Assembly (NCBI GenBank): GCA_965226795.1
Contig: CBDDDZ010000005.1
Location: 2,176,001-2,240,000, forward strand
DNA from: Candidatus Latescibacterota bacterium
GTDB lineage: Bacteria > Latescibacterota > UBA2968 > GCA-2709665
DNA length: 64,000 nt
Direction of reading: 5' to 3'
Below the pieces are notes generated by a model. It ran no database searches, was not told the DNA's origin, and saw nothing but the letters and a program-made list of their open reading frames with translations. The translations under genes were made by a program, and so were the position numbers. This document shows, piece after piece, positions 11,080-22,221 of the stretch (positions are counted from its first letter, which is position 1; each line of letters starts with the position of its first letter).

Positions 11080-11838
11080 TCAGGTCTTTCTGCCTGCGAT
11101 CAACAGCTTTTGGGGCAGCCCCGCAAACGAAGCCCCCTCCCACTCCTCGGCCTTATCCCCGATCTCCTCGAACCTGATCAGGTCAATGCCCTGTTCGATG
11201 ACCGCGTTGAGATACTCTGAAACCGTCCAGTGGAATTCATATTGCACCATGTCATCCGACGCTTCAGCACGGATGTCCTCGGCGACCTTGTATTCATGCG
11301 GGCCGTTGTCGAAGTAGCTGTGTCCGACTTCCAGCGACCCATTCGAATCCTTCCAGATTCTTCGAAACGGATGGTACTCGCTAATCAGAAACAAACCGTT
11401 CGGTCGCAATATCCGAATGGCTTCCCGGTAGTAGGCTCTCAGATCACAGACTCCGACATGGCCCCCCGTGTACACCAGATCGCAGGAGGCACATTCCAGT
11501 CCGCTCAGATCCGTGACGTCGGCTTCCACGAATTCGATACTGAGATCCAGTTCATCGGCGCGTCGCCGGGCTACCTCCAACTGTTCGGCTGAAATGTCCA
11601 CGGAAGTGACACGTGCGCCCATTCCAGAGAATGCGAATACCGCGAGGTTGTCGCCGCTGCCCAGAACGCAGACGTCCCGGCCTTCCACGGATCCGATCAA
11701 ATCCAGTTCCTGCACGAGGAAGACCTGCTCCGGCTGCCGGTGGGCAATACGCCACGTGCCGCGTCTATCGTGGCTTGCCGCCCACTCCGCCGCGCCCAGG
11801 TTCCAGCGGTCCCTGTTCGCGCGGTGATATTTGTTCAT
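11080..11838 (-). CDS. Class I SAM-dependent methyltransferase
   Basis: VCVLGSGD, VTSVDIS, FVEADV, ILRPNGLF, HPF. Confidence 0.9.
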   Translation of the reverse strand: MNKYHRANRDRWNLGAAEWAASHDRRGTWRIAHRQPEQVFLVQELDLIGSVEGRDVCVLGSGDNLAVFAFSGMGARVTSVDISAEQLEVARRRADELDLSIEFVEADVTDLSGLECASCDLVYTGGHVGVCDLRAYYREAIRILRPNGLFLISEYHPFRRIWKDSNGSLEVGHSYFDNGPHEYKVAEDIRAEASDDMVQYEFHWTVSEYLNAVIEQGIDLIRFEEIGDKAEEWEGASFAGLPQKLLIAGRKT

Positions 11839-11883
11839 ATCGGTCCATTCGTTTGAGTATCGCGGCCTGATCCCGATCGGTAC

Positions 11884-13965
11884 TCAATGCGCATTGTCCA
11901 GTACCGCCACGTAGGCGTCGTACAGGCTCTGGACCTTCTCGACGTAATGCACGGGCTGGCCGCCGCGGCAGTAGCCGTATCGCGCCCGTTCGAAGTAAGC
12001 CGGTTGGGAAAGCAGGCGCATCGCCTGCTCCACGTTGCCGAACCAGCGGTTGGGGTCCCATCCCATCTCGCGCGCCAGGCGGCGGGCATCCAGCAGATGT
12101 CCGTAGCCCACGTTGTAGGATGCCAGGGCAAATCGAATCCGCGACTGCGCGGGAATCTCCAGATCGAAGCGCTCGATCAGTTGATGCATGTACTTGGTGC
12201 CGGCGTGGATGCCCTGTTCGGGATCCTCCAGGTCGGTGAATCCCAAATGTAATCCCGTTTTCGGCATCACCTGCATCAGGCCCATTGCGCCCACCCAACT
12301 GACGGCGTCGGGGTTGAATTTAGATTCCTGGTACATCTGCGCGGTAATCAGGCGCCAGTCCTGGCCGTACTGTCGAGAGTACTTCTTGGCAAGGTCGTCG
12401 TATGGCGACAACTGTCCGCTCAATCCGACACGCGTTGAATCTTTGGCCCTGGCAATCCCTCGTTCGTTCTCGAAATACCGCTTCTTCATCATGTTGAAGT
12501 AAAGACCGCCTTTTTCCCGCCTGATGTACTTGTTGAGCGATGCCAGCAGGGCCGGGTTGTCCTTGCGCACGGCCCAACCCAGCATCGTGGACTTGATGCT
12601 GAAGGCGGCTCTGAGCCTGCGGCCGTACGAACGCTCCACGTCGAGCAGGTTGGAATCGGCAATTGTAAGGTCATAGCGTCCGGACTCGACCCCGGCCAGT
12701 ATTTCTTCGGTCTCGATGTCATCCGGCAGTTTGATAATCCGGAGTCCTTCCACGGAATCTTGCAACGCCGTCAGAGTACTATAAAATGAGGAACTGGCGC
12801 GAACGTGGAACGTCCGGCCGGCCAGATCGCTCAGGCTGGCAATCGAATCGTCGTCCGCACGCACCACGACGACCTCTTCCACCTCGTTATACGGCCTCGT
12901 GAAATCCGCCTCCGCCTGCCGTTCGGGGGTTATGGTCATAGCCGCGGCCACCACGTCACCCTTGCCTTCGTTCAAATGCGACAGCAGTTCCGCATGGGAT
13001 TTCGGGATTACGATTTCCAGGCGCAGGCCATGTTCGGAGGCGAACTTTTTCATCAGTTCGTACTCGAACCCCACCTGCAGGCCCCGGTGAATAAAATAGG
13101 TCATCGCGTTGTTGCGCGTGATCATGCGCAGCCGGCCCCGCTCGATCAGCCCCGGGAGATCGTCGGTGAATTCGTGTTGCCGCTCGCGAGAAAAGTGCTG
13201 GGCGAGGAGGAATTCATCCACTTTGGTTTTCAGTTGCGTATCTCCGGGCCGCATCATCATCGCGATCGGCCGATCCATGGCCAGCACCAGCGGCGTCGTC
13301 AAACTGTCATAGTAGCTTGACAGGGCGTACCAAAGATGGGAGTCGGATACGGTGGCCTCGTAGTCGCCCCGGGCGACCCCGTCCAGCAATGCTTCGATGT
13401 TCAGCGTTTCCGGGACGTGGCGGATCCGCAACGATGGAACTTTTTTCTGGAGTTCGATAAGGGTCCGCTGGTAGGAACTGGACTTCCGCACGCTGATCTC
13501 CATACCACCGAGATCCGAGATCGTTTCGGGCTTCTTGCCGCCCGATTTCGTGACCAGGAATTCGTCCACGTACATATATGGGACGGAGAAAGCAGCTCGC
13601 TCCTGGCGTTCGGGCGTGATGGTCAGGCTGGCCAACACAATGTCGCCTTCGCCCTCGAGCAACTTTCCCGTCATTTTGGAGAAATCTCCGACCTGGACGA
13701 GAACCGGGTTCAGATTGAGGGCTTCCGCAAGCTCCCGGGCGATATCGTAAGTGAGTGTCACCTGTTCGCCTTGTCGGGGCATATAGGCGATCGGTTCCAG
13801 CGGGACGATCGCCCTTAACGCGCCCCGCGGCCGCAACTCGGGCAGGTCGCCGGTATATTTGGGCGCGGCAGACGGCTTCCGGACTTTTTCAGGTTGGCTA
13901 CACTGTAGAAGAACGCACAGTGCGGCCACTCCGACGGAAACGTGAACGCTGAATCGGTGCATCAT
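11884..13965 (-). CDS. mltF: Membrane-bound lytic murein transglycosylase F, with tandem substrate-binding domains
   Basis: Two SBP_bac_3-like domains plus an SLT domain (YQESKF, GAMGLMQVMP, ALASYNVGYGH, YGYCRG). Confidence 0.9.
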   Translation of the reverse strand: MMHRFSVHVSVGVAALCVLLQCSQPEKVRKPSAAPKYTGDLPELRPRGALRAIVPLEPIAYMPRQGEQVTLTYDIARELAEALNLNPVLVQVGDFSKMTGKLLEGEGDIVLASLTITPERQERAAFSVPYMYVDEFLVTKSGGKKPETISDLGGMEISVRKSSSYQRTLIELQKKVPSLRIRHVPETLNIEALLDGVARGDYEATVSDSHLWYALSSYYDSLTTPLVLAMDRPIAMMMRPGDTQLKTKVDEFLLAQHFSRERQHEFTDDLPGLIERGRLRMITRNNAMTYFIHRGLQVGFEYELMKKFASEHGLRLEIVIPKSHAELLSHLNEGKGDVVAAAMTITPERQAEADFTRPYNEVEEVVVVRADDDSIASLSDLAGRTFHVRASSSFYSTLTALQDSVEGLRIIKLPDDIETEEILAGVESGRYDLTIADSNLLDVERSYGRRLRAAFSIKSTMLGWAVRKDNPALLASLNKYIRREKGGLYFNMMKKRYFENERGIARAKDSTRVGLSGQLSPYDDLAKKYSRQYGQDWRLITAQMYQESKFNPDAVSWVGAMGLMQVMPKTGLHLGFTDLEDPEQGIHAGTKYMHQLIERFDLEIPAQSRIRFALASYNVGYGHLLDARRLAREMGWDPNRWFGNVEQAMRLLSQPAYFERARYGYCRGGQPVHYVEKVQSLYDAYVAVLDNAH

Positions 13966-14117
13966 ACGAATCTCCTGGTTCCGGACTATGATTATTGAGA
14001 TTGACTGTGATTAAAGGCATGAAGAGATTGTAATTGATGTGATTTTGGGTTTGACCTTTAAGGATTGATGGCGAAAGGAAGAGAAGAGATGACATGTACA
14101 TCGCTCGGCCGAAGCCA

Positions 14118-14275
14118 CCTGCCTGCAGCAGGCAGGCGGATGTGCGCCTGCGCCCTGAGTCGCTCCCTGAGCCGGTGCCCTGAGTTTGCCGAAGGGTCGG
14201 CGCAGGGTGGTCCCTGAGCCTGTCGAAGGGTAGCGAAGCGCGGGCATTTCGACAAGCTCGTTTCGACAAGCTCAA
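14118..14275. repeat. REP-like palindrome cluster
   Basis: CCTGCCTGCAGCAGGCAGG; repeated CCCTGAG..GTCGAAGGG; TTTCGACAAGCTC twice; same family recurs at 33668-33710. Confidence 0.7.
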
Positions 14276-14471
14276 CGCACGCAATGACCACGCTTCAATA
14301 CGCGATCTTCCCTCCCCTCCCGGTGCCGGGGAGGGGTCGCCATCCGGTGGCGCGGCAGGAAACATGCAAACTCCCCGCTCTTCCCTTGACCCTTATCATT
14401 GACGCGAATCTCTGAACAGGCAGCATGAACAAGGGTGTACCCATTTTGCGTAGAAGTCGCCCTGTAAGACT

Positions 14472-15095
14472 CTATTCCCAACCCGCTCGCAATTCCGGGC
14501 GGGGCAACGATGGATCGGGGCGCCAGTTCTCCCATCCCCCTGAATACAGCCCTCCTTGACCTTCGATTTCCGCAACGGCGCGGTCTCCCTCTTTCCTCAC
14601 CGACCTGCCCTGCCCGGGTGTCATTCGGCCCTGCGCCACGGCGAGGTCGAGTTCATCCCGATCCTTCCATTGCCAGCTTCGGTCCGGTTCTACGACAATA
14701 TCCAACTGGTGATCCGTGAAATCAAAGCCCAACCGCGTACGTGTCAATTTACTCTGGAGATTTACATACCATCCCTGAAACACGCCATCGGCCGACCACC
14801 GCACCCACGTTGCGCGATAATCGCCGGGCCCGACGATGATCAGAAGCTCCGCCCACTTCCAGATCGAATCCGACAGTGCCCAGGATCCGATCACCCAATC
14901 CCGTGGCTTGCCGGAACGATGCGCCCGCAATTCCGGCTTTTTCGTCGGTGTCCCTACCGGAAGCCAGAGCGCGATTCGTGCATCGGAATCCTCGACAACG
15001 GTGACGGGTTTCACGTCGATGAGTTGACCATTCTCGTCCAGTTCTCGATAGAGAATGGTTTTCCCGCAGCGAAACCTGGATCGCACCGAATCCAT
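14472..15095 (-). CDS. DUF402 domain protein
   Basis: PVTVVEDS..LWLPVGT, FQGWYVNLQ, DHQLDIVV, WKDRDE. Confidence 0.85.
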   Translation of the reverse strand: MDSVRSRFRCGKTILYRELDENGQLIDVKPVTVVEDSDARIALWLPVGTPTKKPELRAHRSGKPRDWVIGSWALSDSIWKWAELLIIVGPGDYRATWVRWSADGVFQGWYVNLQSKLTRTRLGFDFTDHQLDIVVEPDRSWQWKDRDELDLAVAQGRMTPGQGRSVRKEGDRAVAEIEGQGGLYSGGWENWRPDPSLPRPELRAGWE

Positions 15096-15143
15096 AGAAA
15101 GGAATCCGTCGTGTTGAAGCCGAATACACGAAACGACGGCATG

Positions 15144-15365
15144 TCAATCCATCATTTCCGCTGATCCATTGACGGAGCCCCGCGATTCGAGGCTGCCGTT
15201 GTCCACGAACCACTGCGAATTTGCGTACAGCGCCATGACGGATTTGTGTTTGAGGAATCCTTCTTTTCGGTAGAATTCCTGCTGGCCATGCACACACGCC
15301 AGGATCACCTTGGGAACGGCGAGTTTCCGGAGGATTGATTTCAAGATAGCCCGGCCGATACCGTT
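15144..15365 (-). pseudogene. GNAT acetyltransferase, C-terminal fragment
   Basis: NGIGRAILK..FYRKEGF present; N-terminal half absent. Confidence 0.65.
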
Positions 15366-15932
15366 TCAGGCGCCCTCCCGGGCTATTCGCATCTCGCCAC
15401 GGCCGCTCTGGTATTTCAAAGCATTCAGAAACCTTGCCACGTCGGCTCGCGACCGCAGAATCACGATGTTCTTGTCGTTCCTGACCCGGTCCAGGTGCTT
15501 CAGTATACCCGGCAGGCGTGTCCCGTTGTAATTCCAGATCCATTTCAGAAACTCCCCATCGGGCAACTGCTCCCTGCAGCCGGGATTGATGTCCGGGCGG
15601 CTGCGTCCCAGATACCTGATCGCCCGTTTGAATACCTGAAACAGACAGGTGAAGCGGGACGGCGCCAGCAGGATTACCGTATCGCTGGCGGCTATCCGCT
15701 CGCCCATCGTTCCACCGTAGTTCCCGTCCAGTATCCAGGCGTCACGACTGAGAAATTCCGCGTGCCGGCGTCGCCATTCCTCTGACGACGGTTTCTCCCA
15801 GTTGGGCTTCCAGTGGGCGGCGTCGAGGTGTATGACCGGCAGATCCAGCAGAGGCCCCAGCTTGACGGCCAGCGTGGACTTTCCCGCACCCCCGCAACCG
15901 ATGATGCAGACCTTGCGCATGCAGGTGGTCAT
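15366..15932 (-). CDS. DNA topology modulation protein (FlaR-like) P-loop kinase
   Basis: IIGCGGAGKSTLA, HLDAAHW, WILDGNY, GCREQ..FLKWIW. Confidence 0.85.
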   Translation of the reverse strand: MTTCMRKVCIIGCGGAGKSTLAVKLGPLLDLPVIHLDAAHWKPNWEKPSSEEWRRRHAEFLSRDAWILDGNYGGTMGERIAASDTVILLAPSRFTCLFQVFKRAIRYLGRSRPDINPGCREQLPDGEFLKWIWNYNGTRLPGILKHLDRVRNDKNIVILRSRADVARFLNALKYQSGRGEMRIAREGA

Positions 15933-15974
15933 TTAATCGCCTGTCGTCTGGATATAGAACCTGAGACACTGTCG

Positions 15975-16928
15975 TCAGAACCGATATACAAAGTCCACGT
16001 ACGGCAGGCCGGGGAAAAATGCTTCCTCCCCTAACGTGTTGATAAGTGCGAGGTCAACGCTCATTCGCCTGCCGAAAAACCGCAGCCCCAGCGAGACCAC
16101 GGGATCGTCCACGCCCGGGAAAATCCAGTTCTCCGTAACCAATGCCGTGTGTTGACCCAAGCGATGCTCTGCGCCAACCATCACCATGGGACGATCCGCC
16201 AGGGCTCCGTCTTTAAACCCGTATCCGAGCCCCGCAGTCAGGCTTGCATCGGGTTCCCCCAACGTCACCACACCATACACGATGCCCACAACGGCGTCAC
16301 CATCAGGGACACGTACGAGAAGGGCGCCCGTTGAGAGTTGAAATGTACGCTCCTGTACCAGCCCGATTTTGGGCGCGATAAAGAAGAGTTGTTCGTTTAT
16401 ATCCCTGCCGGGAAAGATCGAAAACCCGCCTCCCAATGTAAAACGGTCGGATATGCCTAGAGAAAAACCCGGAAAAAAGAGATAGTAGACAGAAAAATAA
16501 CCTGTACCCTTTTCCAGCGTACGCGCCTTCGGCGCAAAGAACAGCCGCGATTCGTTGGGATTTTTGAACCAGATCTCGCCACCGTGTACGGAAGCAGCGG
16601 GTAATGTCTCGATGTATCTGATCTTTGCAATGGGGATTCGGATGACGCCCAGGTCCGTCTCGAATTCGATCTCGTCACCGCCGATGCGCACGATGCGCCC
16701 CACATTCGACGAGCCATCCGTCGTCTCTATCACCTGCATCGTGCTGGAATCGGGAATCACCAATCGGGCCGCCAGGGATGCGCTATCAAGTCGCGTATAC
16801 CCCGGGCGACCTTCCGCGAAGGCAGTGCCCATGCCCCACGGAGCAATCACGGTGCAGATCGAGGCGAGCAGTAAGCAGATCATCCCCGTGCCACACACAG
16901 GGATAACGGCGCGAGTCTTGATTTCCAT
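15975..16928 (-). CDS. Hypothetical outer-membrane protein
   Basis: Signal peptide, amphipathic beta strands, C-terminal YVDFVYRF. Confidence 0.7.
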   Translation of the reverse strand: MEIKTRAVIPVCGTGMICLLLASICTVIAPWGMGTAFAEGRPGYTRLDSASLAARLVIPDSSTMQVIETTDGSSNVGRIVRIGGDEIEFETDLGVIRIPIAKIRYIETLPAASVHGGEIWFKNPNESRLFFAPKARTLEKGTGYFSVYYLFFPGFSLGISDRFTLGGGFSIFPGRDINEQLFFIAPKIGLVQERTFQLSTGALLVRVPDGDAVVGIVYGVVTLGEPDASLTAGLGYGFKDGALADRPMVMVGAEHRLGQHTALVTENWIFPGVDDPVVSLGLRFFGRRMSVDLALINTLGEEAFFPGLPYVDFVYRF

Positions 16929-17818
16929 GAGATGCGATCCTTTCTAAGACCCGTGGGTCGGGTTGAAATCCGCCAGGGCTGCAGTACGAGCGGTCGTGTT
17001 GGTATACGTACGGGCGTGCGCCACAGGACAAGCGAATCGTAATTCGCTCTGAGCCACGTGGTTTCTTCCGTGAGTTGCGCGAGGTCTCCCCGTTCGTAGA
17101 AGAGGGACCACGGGAAAAGGCCGGACTTTCCCAGCGTCTCTATCCTGCGGTACTCCTCCGACTGGAGATCGAATACGGCGTCCAGGATTTCACCGGGTGT
17201 CGTACCATACGTGCCGGAAACGACGTTCAGTCTGGCCCTGAGATCAGGTTTGGCGGAAAACCCGGCTTCTCTCCAGTGGTCTTCACCTCGCAAGGGCACC
17301 GCATACCATGCAAACTGTCCGACATCCCAGAGAGGATCACCCGGCTCGGCAAAATCCCAGTCGATGACGCCCCGAAACGTCCGCCCTTCCCAGACCGTGT
17401 TCCAGGGTCCGAGATCCCCGTGTCGGATGGTCATGCCCGGACGCCATTGGACACCGGGAACACACCATTCGACATCCTCCGGTGGTTCGAAATCCCGTAC
17501 GACGTCGTGATACCGGGACAGGAATCGGGCGACCTCGGCGAGGCCGGTATCCTCGAGCATCACGTCGGGCCAGGGCCGCAGGGCGACCGCCCCGGGGATG
17601 AACGAAAGCACCTCTCTACCCTGTTCGTCGAATCCGAGGACACGGGGAACGCCCTGAAAGCCAACCGCTTCCAGGTAACGCAGCAGGGAATGTACAGCCG
17701 GAGTCCACCCGTGCGCAGGCCGCAGCACGGTGTCCCCGATGCGCACAACCCGATTGACCACGCCGTGGACGGACTGGCCCTCCGGCAACATTCTCGGATC
17801 CTCCTCCCCGCTTTTCAT
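16880..17818 (-). CDS. Aminoglycoside phosphotransferase (APH)-like kinase
   Basis: VVRIGDTVLRP, HGDLGPWN, IDWD; start placed at ATG 17818; tail overlaps the next gene. Confidence 0.85.
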   Translation of the reverse strand: MKSGEEDPRMLPEGQSVHGVVNRVVRIGDTVLRPAHGWTPAVHSLLRYLEAVGFQGVPRVLGFDEQGREVLSFIPGAVALRPWPDVMLEDTGLAEVARFLSRYHDVVRDFEPPEDVEWCVPGVQWRPGMTIRHGDLGPWNTVWEGRTFRGVIDWDFAEPGDPLWDVGQFAWYAVPLRGEDHWREAGFSAKPDLRARLNVVSGTYGTTPGEILDAVFDLQSEEYRRIETLGKSGLFPWSLFYERGDLAQLTEETTWLRANYDSLVLWRTPVRIPTRPLVLQPWRISTRPTGLRKDRISWKSRLAPLSLCVARG

Positions 17819-17945
17819 TTTGCTCCTTGAGAGGCCGGCCTCAACACATGCCTGACACCTCGGCGCCCAGTTTCGGCGCGACTCTCCTGGGGCGATATCG
17901 TCGACGCATTCGATAAACCGCCGGCAGCCATCGGAAACGAGATGA

Positions 17946-18251
17946 CTACCCTCCGCCGAGGTGCGGACGCACTTCCCGGTCCAGGCGGTCCGCCAGCGCG
18001 TCCTCGGCGACATCCAGTTCGTAGTCCGTCTGAATTTTCATCCAGAATCCTGGCGATGTGTAGAAGTAACGGGCGAGCCTCAGCGCCGTATCCGCGGTAA
18101 TGCCGCGTTTGCCCAGCACGATCTCGTTGATTCGTCGCGGCGACACCGCAATCGAAAGCGCCAGATGGTTCTGGCTGAGATTCATCGGCTTGAGAAACTG
18201 TTCCAGCAAGACTTTCCCGGGATGAACAGGAACCGTTTCCCCATCGCGCAT
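17946..18251 (-). CDS. higA: HigA addiction module antitoxin
   Basis: PVHPGKVLLEQFLKPMNLSQ..RRINEIVLGKRGITADTALRLARYF.TSPGFWM. Confidence 0.92.
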   Translation of the reverse strand: MRDGETVPVHPGKVLLEQFLKPMNLSQNHLALSIAVSPRRINEIVLGKRGITADTALRLARYFYTSPGFWMKIQTDYELDVAEDALADRLDREVRPHLGGG

Positions 18252-18264
18252 CAAACTGACTCCA

Positions 18265-18545
18265 GGTTGATCGTGTACGATCCAAACGTCGCGGGAGCCG
18301 CCGGTTCGGCAGGTGAAACCAATTCGCGATCGGTCGCTGATTGGGATACCGTGCCGGATCGCCGGGGCGCACGGAGGTTGCAGTGCGATTGGCTGACGGA
18401 ATTCGAAGCTCAACCCGTGTCGTCATCGACTATCAACTTAACGTGCGAAACCGGAGAAACACGGCAAGTGGAATGTCGGCGTGTGTTTTCCGGCACGGCG
18501 CGCTGAAATATTCGTTGGGTCACTGTACACATGAAGAATCGCACT
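18265..18545 (-). pseudogene. higB: Degenerate HigB toxin remnant
   Basis: Fragments in different frames (TQRIFQR, ELRIPSANR, GIPISDRSRIGFTCRTGGSRDVWIV) echo HigB motifs DLRIPPANR and SIRINDQWRICF; directly upstream of higA. Confidence 0.6.
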
Positions 18546-18557
18546 GTCGATAAAATA

Positions 18558-18650
18558 TATAACGATTTCCGTTAAATGACAAATGTTAAATATTAAGCGT
18601 TAAATGTATAACATTAAACGATATATATTAAACGGATAGCATTAAACGTG
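18558..18650. repeat. AT-rich array with 14-bp period upstream of higBA
   Basis: TTAAA at 18572, 18586, 18600, 18614, 18628 and 18642; palindrome TAACG-N5-CGTTA at 18560-18574. Confidence 0.75.
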
Positions 18651-19144
18651 ATACGTTTTACCCTTCGAAGGCGCAATTTTCAATGTACCAGGTCCGCCGG
18701 CGACGTAAACGCATGCCAACCGCGGAACGGTTACCGGAAGTCCGTGCGGATCAGCGTTGATTGAACCCGGGTCGGATTTGTCCTCTTGCAACAATTCCGG
18801 ATGTTCTCATCATTCCGATTCTTGTTCGGCTCTTCTGGATAGTTTGGGAGTCGATACCATTCGCGGTATGAAATCCCATCGAATTACTGTCGCGCTGATT
18901 TGGGGTTGCACGACATGTCGACGACATCCTGACTTTAGGGACAACCCCTATCGCACAACATAGATGATGATTCGTCTGTCTCCCACAGGAATGTTCGCAT
19001 AAGCGGCTTTTGCATCGGAATCGGATTCCACAGAAATCCCGTTTCTCGCGTTGCCTTCATGGTCGAGTAAGAAAAAGGGATTCCCGCTAAATAGCTTATC
19101 CAGCGGGAATTCGGTCGTATTGGTATTCAGGTAGAGAAACAATG

Positions 19145-19582
19145 TTACTCTACGTCAGACTCGCCTCCTCGAAACCGGGTCAGAAAATGACCCACCCTGA
19201 GAATCTTTATTTCCCGAAAGGGGCCCAGATCAAGCAGGTCATCGTCACCGCTGATAATTATATGTGCGCCTCCGCCCACGGCCAATTCCAGAAATTTATC
19301 ATCTTTGGGATCTCGACATACCGTAATCTGTTCAATTGGTTCAATGAATATTGCCCGCCCAACCAACGCCTCAAGAAATTCTTCACGCTCCTCGGCAGTC
19401 ACATATCGCTCAAACTTCTCACGGCTGATCACCTCGTCTATTTCCTCTAAAGTCGTCAGGGATAATAATACCTGGCCGTTCTGAAGCGCGTGCCGAAAAG
19501 CTCGCCCAGGCTTTGAATCCTCAAATATGAGTGCACTAACGAGCACATTGGTGTCAAAGACATAACGAGCACTACCGTTCAT
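19145..19582 (-). CDS. PIN-domain putative toxin
   Basis: VFDTNVLVSAL, CRDPKDDKFLELAV, IISGDDDLL. Confidence 0.92.
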   Translation of the reverse strand: MNGSARYVFDTNVLVSALIFEDSKPGRAFRHALQNGQVLLSLTTLEEIDEVISREKFERYVTAEEREEFLEALVGRAIFIEPIEQITVCRDPKDDKFLELAVGGGAHIIISGDDDLLDLGPFREIKILRVGHFLTRFRGGESDVE

Positions 19583-19799
19583 TGATAATTGACTCCAAAA
19601 TTTCCGGCGTCATGCCTCGTTCCTGTGCCTTACGGCTGATGTCGCTCATAACCTCTTCAAGAGACCTTTTCGTTCTCGCCACATCACTAAGCTTAAGGCT
19701 AAGCAGGGCATCCAGTTTACGCTGTTCTGCTTCGGAAGCTATTTCATAGGCATGAGCGGCTTCCGAACTAACGCGAATTTGAATCATCTTCGTGTCCAT
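19572..19799 (-). CDS. Putative antitoxin of the PIN toxin
   Basis: 75-aa ORF overlapping the PIN gene start; SRKAQERGMTPEILESI C-terminus. Confidence 0.75.
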   Translation of the reverse strand: MDTKMIQIRVSSEAAHAYEIASEAEQRKLDALLSLKLSDVARTKRSLEEVMSDISRKAQERGMTPEILESIINER

Positions 19800-20058
19800 T
19801 GCATTCTCCCTTGCCGTTTATCTTTCGTCGAGTCTGCAGAGGTCTATCAAAGTGTATTATTGCAAAGCACAATCATCAAGTGATATTCTGAGTACGCAGG
19901 TCCTGGTTTATCTTTGCTTGACGAAAGGAAAACGCAATTTTCGACGTGCCACGTCTGCTGACGACGTGCGCGCTTTCCGACAGCGGAACGGTTGCCGGAC
20001 GTCCGCGCACCCCAGCGACGCAGCACTGGACATTCCGCCTGAGGCCATGGCGGAAGTC

Positions 20059-20737
20059 TCAGCTTTGCGTCAACCTCAACATTTTCGAATCACCGGGCCG
20101 GAACTCGAAGGGCACGGACACCAGTTCGACGTTTGCCCACCTTTGCACGGTCTGTATTGAAAAGTCCAGATGCCTCGATGGTTCACCCGCCATGTCGAAC
20201 AATGGAAATACCCGGACCTCTCTCCCGACCCGAAGCAGTTCCCGGAGGAAGGAGAGGTGCGTTTCGAGGTTGAATTCCGCGGTGTACAGAAACAGCAGAT
20301 GCGAACAGAGGACGAGATCGAAGGACTTCGATCGGAAGGGTAACCCGGGCAGGCTCCCCGAAACGTAACGACCTCTCCGGGTTACTGATTGAAAATCGCA
20401 AAGAAAAGTGTTCAGGATGTCGCGGCGCAGCCGGAGGACCTGTTCGGGGCTTCCGTAGTGGTCCCAAAGGAACCGTTCGCATTCCCGCGAGCATCCGCGC
20501 GGCTGTGGTTTCGAAACCGGCCTTCAGATCCCGGCCGGAAAACCTGTAAATGGGATCGACGGCGACAACGAATCGCCCCGTTTTGCCCCATTCGGCGGCG
20601 AACGAAGACGGTCCGCCGCCGCAGTCCAGTACGCGCGCCGACGGCGAGACGTCGGACAACGCGAAGAACGCCTCGTATTCCGCCGCGCCCCGGCCCCATG
20701 CAGGAACGGTTCCCCCAAAATCGAATTCGCTTGACAT
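20059..20737 (-). pseudogene. SAM-dependent methyltransferase, frameshifted
   Basis: WGR...EY..F, VLDCGGGPSSF, VDPIY; frameshift near 20475; continues LPGLPF..FDLVLCSHLLFLY..EVRVFPL to TGA at 20059. Confidence 0.85.
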
Positions 20738-20959
20738 AGGTCTGCAAACCAGGACGGGACACCCGTCGAAGGTGTCCGGTGAGTGTTCGAGTACGGTTTA
20801 TCTCTTATTTTTTCAAAATGTTATTACCAGACCGTCGGGTTGCCACCCATCCCATTTTCCGGGCACGTCTCTTGTTCAGAGCTGGCGCATCGACTGGTCG
20901 CGGATGCGCATGTGCCGAAGCCCTCAAAACGGATTTTGGCGTCGGTTCCTGTATGCGGT

Positions 20960-21938
20960 CTATCGATACCACGTCCACCCGGCGCGCGTTGCCGGATAGA
21001 CCAGTTCTTCTCTCAAATGCAGGTTCTTCACTTCCGGATCCTCAACACCGCGACGTATGTCAACTACAAATCGATATAATCTGTTGTCCGGATAGGCCGT
21101 CCTCCGGGTTGTGACCTGGGCGGCCGGTGAAAATCCGAGCTTCTCGAGTTCATCCATGTAGATCGCCTCAATGCGCTCCACCAGTTCTCGCCTGTCACTG
21201 GCCCTGGCGAATCCCTCCCGCAGAAAGGGACAAACCTCAACGGCGATACCTTCAAGCTTCATGAACTCTGCCCACAACCACTTGTGATAGGGCGCATATC
21301 GCCGATTGATCAGAAAACCAACCTTCATCGCGTACTCAGCGAATCTCGTCCAATAGGTAAACGCGGTCACGTGGTCTCGCCCGAGCCTCGGCCCTGAAGA
21401 GATGCTTCCGCCCCCACTCCCAGCACCAGGACAGGCAGGCACCCATTCGCTGCCTCCATAGATCCTCCGGATACCTGGAGAACGCTCTGAGGCGAGCACT
21501 GACAAAGCCGGGTTCATCGTGAAAGAGCCGGCTCGGAGTCAGTTCGAAAAGATATGATTCCGGAATTCGCAACCAATCCTTTGGGGACTCAGGCGGCTCC
21601 GAGAATCCAACCCTGCTTTTTATATAGCTGCAGACTTCCACTACACGGCAGGTCCTTTCGGGTGGATTTTCCCAGTGAAACCCATCGTACTCCTGAGGTA
21701 GCGAATCCAGTATTTCCTGCAGACGATCGCCGTAATCGTCGAAGTCCTCCCTGCCAAGCCATACGGTGAATCCCGGTCCCCAACCGTGGTCGCGCGACAC
21801 GTCGTCGTCGTTCTTGTGCGCTTGTGATCCGAACTCGACGCCGACGGCCAGTCTCCGCACACATCCGGGTAATCGCCGCTCAATCGCGGGGAGCCCGATC
21901 TCGCGAAAGAACCTTTCCGAGAGTTCAAATCCTCTCAC
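20960..21938 (-). pseudogene. DUF4037 domain protein, frameshifted
   Basis: GFELSERFF, GS..DDDVSRDHGWGP in one frame; YAPYHKW in another; shift near 21380. Confidence 0.85.
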
Positions 21939-22221
21939 GAACCCTCCACAATAGGGCGACGTACTTGATGGAAGTCGCCAACCTGCTGTTTACAAAACCC
22001 ACGAAGTCTGTTTTCAGCCTGAAGGATAATTTCATCCACTTCGTCACGAATCAACCGGTCGGTCTCCATTTGGCTGCCGGGCATATTTACCCTCAACAGT
22101 GATTAAATCTCGAAAGTCCCAGGGGCGAATTATCCAAAGCTCATATCGCCGCTGGTATGACCACGGCCGATTCTACTTGCTTCCGGAATCATCGCTAGAC
22201 CCTCGATTTTTCGCATCCCAA

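Noticed and set aside
18660..19142. Possible gene remnant downstream of the PIN toxin
   Set aside because: Short frames with no recognisable family
21990..22220. Possible additional decayed TA pair
   Set aside because: Similarity too weak to support without a search
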